This document shows positions 50,910-62,428 of a stretch of DNA of 64,000 nt, piece after piece. Below the pieces are notes generated by a model. It was not told the DNA's origin. It was given only the letters and a program-made list of their open reading frames with translations, and ran no database searches. Source of the DNA: Dipteris shenzhenensis (lineage: Eukaryota); the NCBI GenBank assembly GCA_047967505.1, contig CM106538.1. The stretch is one strand, 5' to 3'. Position 1 is the stretch's first letter. Each line of letters begins with the position of its first letter. Made by a program: the position numbers and the translations under genes.

Positions 50910-53900
50910 GATTTGAATGTCACCAATGGCCCTTGGGCACAGCAAATTTGCTATGGTTTTGGAATAGCGACTTGTTTCAGGCCTTTTGGTATTCCAGAAG
51001 GCATGCTGTGGGTACATCTGTTTAAAGGTCATTTATAGCTGCTAAATGATTTGTATAGTAAGGATTTCAACTCCGTATGTGTCCCCAAAGAGAGCACTCT
51101 TTTCCTCTTTTGGTTTGCGCCATAAACAGCCTCTGAGGTTGAGGTGGAATTCTAACTATGGATAATCCCAGGCACCTACTTGTGACGTCGTAGGTTTCAG
51201 GACCCAAACTGACTACTGTAAATGAGAGAGATGGGGAGTGTAAGATATGGAGACACATACTGTTGAGCTGTAGATTCTGTTTATAATTCTTTACAACTGA
51301 TTTTCGGGTGAGGCACACCTTGTGCACATATGTAAAGTATTCATTGCAAGATAGTCCTTCAGAATTGAGACAAATAAAGTTCTTGCAGAGGCCTCTAATG
51401 TATTGGCTTCTCACTTACATATCCATAATCCCACAATAGGTGATATAGATTGAAGCAATTTAAGGGAGACACTTTAGAACTGCAGGTTTAAGCCATTATA
51501 CTAGTTTACACATGGTTTCAGTAATTTGATGCTCTATAGAAGGGTGCATTTATTATTTCCAGATGGATCTCCATAAAACAGCTACAGTTTTTTTATTGGA
51601 ATCACAGAGTTTTGTGGGCACCTTCCACTTTTTTTTTTGCAAGAAGTGGGCACCTTCGACTTTTTAATCAGGAGTCATGCCTCTTCACACAGTGCTAATG
51701 AATTTATGTTCGCATTATAATCAGAAACATCATTTTCTAACAGCAGAGCACAGATGCATGACAAGAGATGTCGTGCAAGAATGTAGCTTCAAGCATCCTC
51801 TGATGACATTCTGGGATGTTCATGTGGTTAGTTTGATCAGAAGCCATAATGTGGAAGCCTATACTAATCAAATATTGTTCATCTTTAAGAACCATCCAAA
51901 TTGTGTCCTAGACTTGTCTCCACCATTGGGTGCTGATGAGATGGGGGGGGGGGGGGGGGGCTGTCGTAGTAGCGAGTCCCCGCTATGCATGATGTATTTT
52001 ATGGTACTCAACCTTGTGGGTGGCTAGCATGAGGTTAACACAGCAGAATGCTTGCTTGTAGAGGATGAGTTTGGTGACATTCTTGGAGATATGAATGTGT
52101 GGAGACATGCACGTGCACACACGAGTGCACATGCATATCGCTCCTGTTGCCGTGCTTGTGGACTACAGCTAGTACTTGCTATCCATGATGTGTGGTTCTC
52201 AACCTCTTGGGTGGCTAACATGAGGTTAAAATAGCAGCATGGTTACACAAGTTTAGTCATGTTCGAGGAGACGTGTGTGTGGATACATACTTGCACACGC
52301 ACATAGTGTGTAAGTGATAGGTTTAATGCGTGCACATGGAACAACCTCCTAATAGCCTACTAGTCTTGATCTTGGTATGTCCTCAAAGATTAGGAGGGAA
52401 GGAAGCTCCCACGTGTAGGAATTCTAGTGGTGCCTATTTTGTCAATGTTAAGCCTCAAACAGTGAGAGGAATTGATAGAGGAACATTTCAGTGGGCCACT
52501 TGGGCAAGAATTGGACTATCAGCCTTGCTAGGTATGGGATGCTATGGGATGTGGTGGTGTCTCTAGTTATGGGAGGGTCGGCCTCTTTGGGAGGTGTAGT
52601 GGGATTTGGGTGAGTAGTTTTGGCTTTTAAGAGTAGGGCACTCCAAGAGGGTGGAGGTGCCCTTCTCATACACGACTCGCATTGGGTAGCATCTTCAGTT
52701 AGAGTTAGTACCTTGGCTCTCTCTTGAAGTGGCATCGGGTTGAGCAACAACTTTCCTAGGAGGTTGTCTATTGGTTTTGGTCACGCCTTTGGGCTAGTTG
52801 CAAACCATGGAAGATTTTGTATATTTCTTTTGGATGGTGGTCCATAGAGGTTTGTACATTGGTCCATAGCTAGAGCAATAAATGGTAGATGCCATCGATG
52901 TGTAGACAAAGTTCCAGAGATGATCCCGCATTGTCTATGGGATTGTCTTGCAAGGCAGCACATTTGGACGATGCCTTGTGGATTGTTGCTAGTATGTTAC
53001 GGGATTCTACATGGGGGATGGTTCGTCGATGGAGAGGTGTCATGCCTTCTGCATTGATCTAGTCTCTCTAGCCTACACGATCAAGGATAGAGGCACAAGA
53101 TGTGACGCACTTGTGCCCTTTGCCTTTGCAAGAGGATCATGGGTAGCCATCCTTGTTGCCATTTGGTAGGATGTCATCGACACCTTGCCTGCCATCTGGG
53201 AGCCGAGGGACTTCAGGATTAGGGTGATCCTCGAATTACAAGTATCTTTTATGTTTTGTCGAGCGAGGCATTTTGTGGATGTATAGTACTCCTTGGTTAG
53301 CCATTGTTCCATAGATTCCCTAGGGAGTGAGCATTCTTTGGAAACATATTGACAACCACTTCTCTCATTTTCCCATGATTAGTGTGTTTCGGATTATTGA
53401 TTTGTTTGGTTGGTTTTTCAAGCATTATTTTCTTTGGAAAAAAATAGTGAGGAATTAATCTACAAGAATCGGAAGGGTTGGTGGCATTTTGAGTGAGCTT
53501 AATGGCTTGGACTTGAGTAATGCCTTCGAGTGAATTGATTTGATTCTTGTCGAAACCTTGATAAGGAGCTTGACTTCGGCAATGTGCGAGATGGTGGAAA
53601 AGAAATTGAATTGTTATTTAGGGAGATGTTAATTGCCTTTATGGTGCAAGGAGTGTTTGAAATGGTTGATTTTTTTGGTAATGCAACAAATTATTGAGAA
53701 AATGCTTGAAGAGTGCAAAGGTAGCTTAGAGGTACAGGTCCTCAATGACATGCCATGCTAATTCTAATGAATTTGCAAAAATAAGGGCACTAAATTAAGC
53801 GCTAAGAAGTTTACTATTACAGAAACGAAAGTAGCATTAGAACTACACATGGGGAGGAGTTAAATTACAAAACTAACATCTATTTATGAAAACAAAGCAT

Positions 53901-54399
53901 GATATAACTCAATTGAGAATCCCTTATGGGTGATGTATTACAAAGCCGTGAAAAACTCCCTTATCATTTAAGCAACTTTGTATGAAATTATTGTAGGTTT
54001 GCAATCCCACTTTCGTAAACCCTAGTTGATATCAGCTATAGAGAAGAGATGGAGACATTTTGGTCAAACTAGGCCTATCAGATGTAAAGTTTGGAAGAAT
54101 TGTCTACCCTCTTTGCAGATGAACCTTGCTTGTCCAATGGCTCAGGTTTGTGGAAGGCCATGTGGAAAGGTCAGGAAATGCTAGGAAGTTTCAATATTTA
54201 GAGAGGTTTCTCTAGGGAGACTAGAACCTTTACTTTTAAAGGCTCCATCTAGTCTTCTATCACTAGGAAGGACAAGCGTCTTTAGCATGGGGAACTTAAG
54301 CACTCTCTCAAATTAAATAAAAAAGGGATATGTCTATGGAAAGATATTTGGAAAGATCTTTTGTTAATTAAATTTGTAATGTAAGTCTAGGACAGAGTA

Positions 54400-54975
54400 T
54401 CCCTAGCATAGATGGAAGGCAAGCAAACTGAGGCCCTACAGAATTTCATTGCATAGGTAAAAAAAGATTGTTGCCAGTTCCTATTTTTCCCAATCAATTA
54501 GGCATGCGGGAAATGCTAAATAAAAAATGGTCAAGAAGGATGGTTTGAATGTTTGGAGAGGCAAGTTTGAAAGGATCTGGGATAGAAGAATTCGAGAAAA
54601 GAAACCTTGCCTATTATGGCCAATCATTCACAAAGTTGTGTGGATAGCATACATGGTTGTAGCTATTGGCAAAGGTTCCCCATTATGCCATTGATGCCAC
54701 ATAGCCCTTGAGAATAATGGTCACCTCTTTTTGAATTGCAAGTTTTTTAGTGCAATCTGGAAAAAATTTTGGCAAGTTAGTGGTGGATCTCTTTTTGCTT
54801 TCCTTACGGTTCTTCTAAGGGATAAACCGTTTCGATGGCAGGGGGATTGGGCTGTTGCAAGGGGGCAAGTTTTATAGTTTATTTGGACTCAGAAATACTA
54901 GGGTATTTAGTAAGTCTTTTCTTGATGCTATTCCACTAATGATGATATGGAGGGTCACTACAGGAACAACAAAAG
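54400..54975 (+). mobile_element. degenerate L1 ORF2 3' fragment (zinc-finger region)
   Basis: LCH*CHIALENNGHLFLNCKFFSAIW..VL*FIW; absent from repeat copy A. Confidence 0.6.
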
Positions 54976-56018
54976 ATAATAAATAATAATAAAATGCAAA
55001 ATACAAAATTTGGAGTACTTGAGTGCATCTTTACGCCACTCCAATGCAGTCTTCTTACTTATTTAGTGTCTACTTTTTTCTCGGAATTTAGTGGGTATTA
55101 ATTTTTAAGGGCATGATAAGAGACACCTCCCACTCAGTATATCCTTGTCCATGCTTTTATATTTCATATTGGTGTTGGAGTGGGTATTTGTTGTGCCCCT
55201 TCCTATGACCACCTTTCTAAACACCATCACCCTAAACACCCGCATATGCTACGCTTTCATCCATCATGTTGTACCTAGTGGTTTCAAGGTGCATGGAGAA
55301 AAGAATGGAGGCTTGAGATATAACATGTGGAAGGTATTAGAGGATATGGAGTTATGAGGTATCACAAACATGTGTAACGCATTTGAGGGAGCTCTATCTT
55401 AAGAGAACATCCTCATGTCCAATGACAAACAAGGGAAGTGATGGAGTGGATCTTCTTCTCTGGTCTCTTTGAGGCACTACCAATTTTGTACTTGATTGAT
55501 TTGATATAATGTTACTTGTTTGCTATATCACTCTTATGGTTGTTTTGTGGGAAATAGAAAATTCATGGCAATGTGGCATGTAGTCCCCTACCTTTTTTTC
55601 CCATTTTTTTCCCACAAAACTAGTGAGCTCTTGAGGGCCATCATTTGTGGAAAAAAAGACTGGAGAATTTGGAAAATTAGTTTTTCCCATAAAATCCCTT
55701 TTCCCACCATGTCATTACGGCTTAAAGTCACCATATCACCCACTACATTAGAATTCTATTAGAATCTATGCTAAATGCATGGGATGTTTGAAGTTCAAGA
55801 CCCCTCTCTACCCAATAATGTGTAAATTTAATGTTGTTAAGATGCCCTCCACGCCCTATTAACACATGTGAGATCATACTTACATTTACCCTTCAAACTC
55901 CATTGATGAAGAAAAAGTTCAAGCATATAGGTTTAAATGCATGTTCTACCATGATGATTTTTGTTTAGATGAAGAAAGAGCTCCAAGTGATACAAGTCGA
56001 TTGAAATTTTGAGGAATG

Positions 56019-56435
56019 ATAGCATCCTGGCATATCTGGAGAGCCAGATGCACAGAGGCTTTGGAGGGTACTCAGGTTCATCCCTCGCACACATTGGCTA
56101 GTATCTGGACAGACAACACCGTACATACTTTGATGTCCGTATGGACGGGTATGCAGGGAGACTCCATATGGATGGGTATGCAGGGAGACTCCCGTGCAGC
56201 CTCAGCTAGGAGGGCTTCTTTCTTCAGGGAATGGAAGGATTCTTCTTTCTTCTCTGAGACTACTACAGGGTTGAGGTGGCACTTTCAGCCTCAGCCTTGG
56301 TTGTTTTCCACCTCACTCTGAGGGGGTTTTTTGTTTATCCTCATGATTTCATGATGTATTCCACTTTGAGCTTGCTCTCGCGGGTTTTTTCTCTTGCTTA
56401 ATAGAAGTCTCTTTCTTGATTTTTTTTTTTTTTTT
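56019..56435 (+). mobile_element. 5'-truncated L1 insertion with TSD
   Basis: ASWHIWRARC..RWHFQPQPWLF* ORF2 tail. TSD TTTTGAGGAATG at 56007-56018 / 56432-56443. Confidence 0.75.
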
Positions 56436-58226
56436 GAGGAATGCTAATAGAAGCATGGTGTTTTGGAAGAGAATGGCTTCTAAGAAGTAGAGAATGTTTA
56501 TGAGTATGCTATGACTCTTGAGGAAATGAGAAACTTTCATGTTATATAAAATAGTCTACAAATGACGTGATCCATTCAATATTGTTTTAAAGTTTTGACT
56601 TAATGTACTCCTAATTTTGATCCAAAATGTTTTGACCTAATGTAGTCCTACTTTAGTTTTGACCAAATGTTTCTAATTTTGATGCCAAAACATACAGTGC
56701 TAGGTTCAAGACAAGTATTTTATTCATTAGGTGAAGTGAAACCCATATGGTTTCCCAAATGATTATGTCATTTATAGAAGTGCATACAAAGTAAGAATTA
56801 GAAAGAGATAAGCTACAGAAGAAGGTATTGCAACACATGCCTATGGTACCCAAGGTTAAACACATGTTTTACTATGTTTTGTTGGCCCAAATTGTTGATT
56901 AATGTTTTCATTAGATGCTATATGAAGAATTTGAGCAAATGGAAGCCCTCGATTATGTTAGGAAATGGTGGAGACAACTCCATTAGTACTGTGGAGTTAG
57001 AGTGAAATTGTAGTGAGGTGTAGATGTATTTGAGTGCATCAAATAATGAGTGACCATGGAGTGATGAAAATATGTAATCAAGCGGTGAAAAGGAAAAGAG
57101 ACTAGAAAGGAGATGAAAAAAGGAAGGGAAGGCTAGCTTGGGGTATACACAAAACATTTATGAGTGAGCACCAAGCTAGGAAAAAGGTGTGGTTCATGTT
57201 TAAAAGGAGAGAGAATGGTAGAAAGTAAGAAAGATTGCATGTGTCCTCAACAAATGTGATCAAGCACCAACCTAGGGAAAAGGTACGGTGCATGGTTACA
57301 TCTTATGTTTTTGTTTCCACATATCCTCAAATTTGAGTAAAGGCCCATAGTTTGTGGAAAGGGAATCACCATTAATGCCTCCATAAAGTGATGCTAGCAT
57401 TTGTATTCTCTTATATGTCATTCCATCATGGAGACATTTTTTGAATATTGTGTTGCTACTTTATTATTCATGTGTGTATGCTAAAAAGTCCCCATCTTCA
57501 TTGTTTTATTTTTTAAAAGCATTAAGTTCATGATCCTAGGCTAGATTGTGGTCTTATGTTATAGGTTTGCTCCATTGAGTTGAGAAAACATTTGTGCAAA
57601 AAAGTTCAGCTCATAGATCAAAATTCCACTATTCTATCATCCTATAATGCTTGAACGTTTGATTACCTTCCACCTCAAAAGCTCATATATTGACTTTAAA
57701 AGCTTTCATGAGCTTATAGGAAATACACACTAGTGGGCATGAAATTAGAGCATCACAAAATTCCCCAAGAGCAAGGCTATTTATGCCCCAATGAAACCAA
57801 TCTGTTAAGTGGAGCATGAACATCCTCTTACATATTGGATTCTATAGAATCCCTTATTTCATGTGCGATTAAAATCCCTTCATAGTATATGTGCCAGTAT
57901 TTCTAGGCCTCCTCTTTTTCTTTCTTAATATCATACTCTTGTATTTGTTGGACCATGTATTTGTACATGCTCTATTTTTAAGAGAAAAGTTATTTATGTC
58001 ACAAAAGCAACATATTAGCATTGTATTGAGTTTATTGTGTTATCAAGGCATTATTAACAAGTTAAAGCATCACTTCAAGCTTGTTTTGGAGAAGACCTCA
58101 AAATCATTTGAAGCAAAACATCATCGACATCAAAAGAGGATTAATTTGGCAATATCAAAACAATATTTTGGGCTTCATGCGAAATCATCATGCAAAGGTC
58201 TATTTGAGCAAATTTATTCACAAAAG

Positions 58227-58380
58227 CACATTGGTTATAGTCTATTAAGGTAGCATCAATATAATCACATTGGTTGTAGTCTATTTGCCTTAGCATCAAC
58301 ATAATGACATTGGTTGTAGTTTATTGAGGTAGCATCAACAAAATCACATTGGTTGTAGTCTATTAAGGCAACTTCAACAA
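58227..58380. repeat. ~39-40-bp minisatellite, about 4 copies
   Basis: CACATTGGTTGTAGTCTATTAAGGTAGCATCAACATAAT-like units. Confidence 0.85.
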
Positions 58381-59682
58381 TCGACAATCTTTTAACACTC
58401 CTTTAGCAACAATTGGAGGCAATCATTGAGGAAACCTTTGGGATTCATAAACAACAATCTACGAAGGAGGTTTTAAGAAAAAGTAAGTAGTGTGACATCA
58501 TCACCAACAAGCAAAGTGGAGTCATTCGACTTGACAATCTTAGAGTGTGGAAATATATTATTGAAAGTCAGATTCAAAGCAGACCGAAGGAAGTGGCAGT
58601 GTAGTAAACAATTCAACATCATCATCAATCAAAGATTAGTCTCACAAAATTATCAATGAAGAAGAAAAAGACTCGATCAACATCAACAATCAACAAAGCA
58701 CAGTCAAAGATACCCATTGTTTTTCAAAAGAGTCAAGGTTGATGCCAAACAAAAAATCAAACACAAGGTTAAAAATACCTTTGGATTGTTTGCCTTCATC
58801 TTCTTTGGGGCCAACATGCTTATCTTCTCAATGCCAAGAGACAAACATACAAGGTGGAAAGAGCCAATCAATTATGAGAAATAAGCAATGATTTATTAGA
58901 TATTTTGTCGATATTCAAGTTTTATACTTTTTTGGAGTTCAGCTAAAGTCTAGGTCCACTACATGTCTCTAGTTAGTCTGAGATGTTACCATCTCATAGC
59001 AAGTTAGATGAAAATTTGAAATGAAAATATCAAGACAATAAAATAAGTCAAAAATGCATGCAACATTAGATGATTTGGTAGATAGCTAGTGGAATTGAAA
59101 ACAAGCTACAATTAAAACAACACACAAAAATGATTCAATGACAAAAAGGTATTGTTTCTCCTTCACAACATATGACAATTGCTAATGATCTGGTGAACAA
59201 TATGAAAATGAAGAAAAATAAAGAGATATAGGTACAACAAAAAATATATGCTTTTTGCAGTTTGGTTTCAAAGGGTCAATGTATTTATGAAAAATAAGTC
59301 TAAGTTGCAAACATGTGGATGGTGCTCCATGTTCGATGATTTATTAAAAATGAAAAAGATGAATTAGTTTGTTATAATGAGCAATAAGTTGGTAGCTAAA
59401 TATCTTAAAATGGGATATCATGATGTGACACAAAGTCCTATCCACTTAGTGGGAGGTGGAGAATCATATGAATAGGTGGTTAGCACAAATATTGAGCAAC
59501 ATAAGATTTAAGTTGTCATTAGGAAAGAAGGGAACTCATTTTGGGGCCCTCTAAGAAATTCACTATTTACCTATTTTTGTTACACCTAAAATATGGGAAA
59601 TGCCATAAGATACGGATACTTACTGCAAAAAGGCTAGTTTAGTACCCAGGCTTCACATTTAATGCGAATATAAGATCCTTTA

Positions 59683-60100
59683 TTTTTTGTTCAGAATTTG
59701 ATGATTATGACATTGTCGGCGTGTCCAGAGCAGGCCAAAACCTCAAATCGAGCCCGGAGACACCAAAAACCGACGCCCAGAGGCTCAAAAAAGGGTAAAA
59801 ATGTATGGAATGGAAGATTTGCAATAAAATGCGATTTGGCCAGTTGGCACTGCGACCTCGAACACACTGAAAATCGATGCTCGAAGGCCTAAAAAAGGGT
59901 TAAAATGCTTGGAATGGAAGATTTGCAATAGAATGCGATTTGGCCAGTTGGTACTATTTCAAATCGTCCATTACGAGCCTTTTAACCCTTTTATGAGCCT
60001 CTGGGCATCGGTTTTTGGTGTCTTCAGGGTCAATTTGGGGGTTTTTGCCCGCTCCGAATGCATCGATGATGTCAAAATCATCAAATTCTACACAAAAAAA
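59683..60100. mobile_element. foldback/MITE-like element with ~120-bp inverted arms
   Basis: 59683-59800 is reverse-complementary to 59980-60100. Internal ~60-bp direct repeat at 59787-59847 / 59891-59951. Confidence 0.7.
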
Positions 60101-60849
60101 CATCTCTGAAGGTCACGTATGTCAAACCTAATAAAAGAGAGAGATTTTGAATATGACTTCTTTTATCTTTTTACGTTATTTTTTATATTTTTCCAATGCT
60201 ATGTTGGACCTCTACTGATTGGTTGAGAGCCTATTTTTATAAACCCTAAAAGGCCTTAAAATGAGCTCCCTTTTTTCCTAATGTATAATGAAGTATAAGT
60301 TGGTAGCTAAGGATAGACAAAGAGGATATCATGATGTTACATGCGGATGTTCACTTATTATCGGCTACGTGGGAGGTGGATAGTCATATAAATTGCCTGT
60401 TCACAAAAAGGTTGAGAAGTAAAACTTTATGGATGCAGCTTTATGCTACAAGAGAGAGCTTTGCACAGGGAAGCAATGTTAGGATAACACAGATTTCACA
60501 CCCAAGCATAGAAGCAAACATGGGAAGCTTCTTTGAGTGCTCCATAGTTTAGACAAAGGTTAACCCTATTCAACAGACAACCACAACCATGCAATCTTAA
60601 TCTAGAGTCTCGAATCGAACTAAAGAAAATATCTAAACACCTTCCTCAATATGAAACAAGAAAGAAGTATTGTACTACATTAGTTAATACAAAAATTAGG
60701 GAAAGCCTTTATCAAACATGCTTACTAGAAGACTGGAATAATAAGAGTCATGGTACTAATTGAAATGACAAAATACCTCACTAGTCGTGATACTAATTGA
60801 AATGACAAAATACATCATTAGAGTTGTGTATCCAACGAAGAAGAAGATT

Positions 60850-61435
60850 GAGTATATGTGAAGAAAATATTTATGGTACCAGAAGTGCTGGCATAGGACC
60901 AACACGTAAGGAGAATGCAAGCACATATGAGACAATACCTAGTACAACAAGAGTGCCTGAATAAGCAGAAAGTGCTCACCAAGAAAGGCCAAGAGAAAGC
61001 ACTATCATTAAGAGAGCCATCCTGTGTAGTCAGCATTTCTTCCACCCCTTCTTACCACAAACATTTGTAGCTCCCATGAGAGTACCTTGCTACTGCAACA
61101 TTTGGCATAATGCTAGCACTTTGAAAGACTTCTGTTGAATAATAGACAACCAAATTTGTGAAAAAAAATTGTTGAAAGAAGAAGACTGGAGCCCCAACAC
61201 TCACCACTTTCAAATAGCAACTACTAAAAAGCTCCCCCATAGCTTCTTTACCACAAGTTTTGTTTCAACCACTTTCCCAACATGGACTCTCATTTGAAAA
61301 TACCATACCTAATTCAAATAAAATGGCTAGAAGAAGAGCAAGAAAAAACATTGTATGCCATAAAGAAGGGTTACTAGCAAGGGTCAGCCTAGCTACCAAT
61401 GCAATCAAGATGCCAAAACAGATAAAAAGTTGCCT
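60850..61435 (-). pseudogene. pGlcT: intronless fragment of a plastidic glucose transporter (MFS sugar porter)
   Basis: QLFICFGILIALVARLTLASNPSLWHTMF..GMVFSNESPCW; ELFSSCYLKVVSVGAPVFFFQQ..VVYYSTEVFQSA; ALSAYSGTLVVLGIVSYVLAFSLRVGPMPALLVP*IF. Contains stops and deletions. Confidence 0.85.
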
Positions 61436-61819
61436 TGAGCTTCTAGAGTCTTCTTTATATTTTTGCTTTTGCTAGGAGAGATAAGCCTGAAGGGTTGCCA
61501 AATTAGCATTTGTCTTTTTTTATCCTCTCCTTGTAGAATTCTTTGACGTGGTTATAGCTCATAGGTTATTTTTATCAATTTTCAAAACTTTTGGTATCAC
61601 CCATCAACTTTTGCTCTCTTGGAGACACCTAATCTCATGATACTAGTGGGGTGGATGGTGCAAACACGGTTCAAAATCTTCGTTCAATGTTTTAGGTTCA
61701 TATATTTCTAACATTTTCTCAAATCTTTGTTTAATCATGCACTCGCTCTGTCTCTCTCTCACACATACTTTTCTTGATGATAATTGGCACTATAGAATTT
61801 TAAATCTCTACTTAAAGCA

Positions 61820-61868
61820 TAACACACACACACACACTCTCTCTCTCTCAGCACACTCCCACTCACTC

Positions 61869-61904
<36 letters not shown>

Positions 61905-62120
61905 GTAGACTCTTGCTTACTCATATGTTCTTGCACTCTCTCCCTTTCTCTCTCATTCAACTTGTCTCAGTGACTTTGTCAGTTAGTCATTCTCTCTCTC
62001 TCTCTCTCTCTCTCTATCTACCTACCTATCTATCTATCTCCCCTTGCTTGTGTTTTCTTTGTGTTCTATCCACTCCAGCTTTAGCATTTCTCACTTTGCC
62101 TCTCTCTGTCTCTCTCTATT
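61820..62120. repeat. (CA)n/(CT)n microsatellite cluster
   Basis: Several CT and CA runs. Confidence 0.85.
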
Positions 62121-62428
62121 CTTCCACTGGTTTGTATTGCAGGACATGGAGCTTTCATTGCCATTAGAAGGAAGAAACCAAGGATAGTGTATAGTTGCAA
62201 TACAAGAATGCAACGATATTTGTACATGTTGTATGCTTGGCTACCCACATGAATCTAAGCTCTGTGCCAAGATTAGAAGTAATGTAATAAAGGATTATCA
62301 TGTAGAGAGAAAGCGGAAGCAACGTTATAATGCTAGTGTCAAGGTGATAAAATCACACAATGAGAATTCACGTGAAGGAGCCAATGAAGAGAAGCGCAAT
62401 GAGGTCGTTCATTTTTTTAGTGTGATGT

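Larger units (their letters stand above)
51950..57300 (-). repeat. unclassified ~5 kb repeat, copy B (inverted relative to copy A; contains LINE 3' fragments)
   Basis: Blockwise similarity to 12070-30650. Carries the empty site (single TGAAG near 53212) of the 15584-19274 insertion. Confidence 0.75.

Noticed and set aside
58227-58380. Regularly spaced ~40-bp repeats resembling a CRISPR array
   Set aside because: The units are contiguous with no unique spacers, there are no cas genes and the context is eukaryotic. This is a minisatellite.
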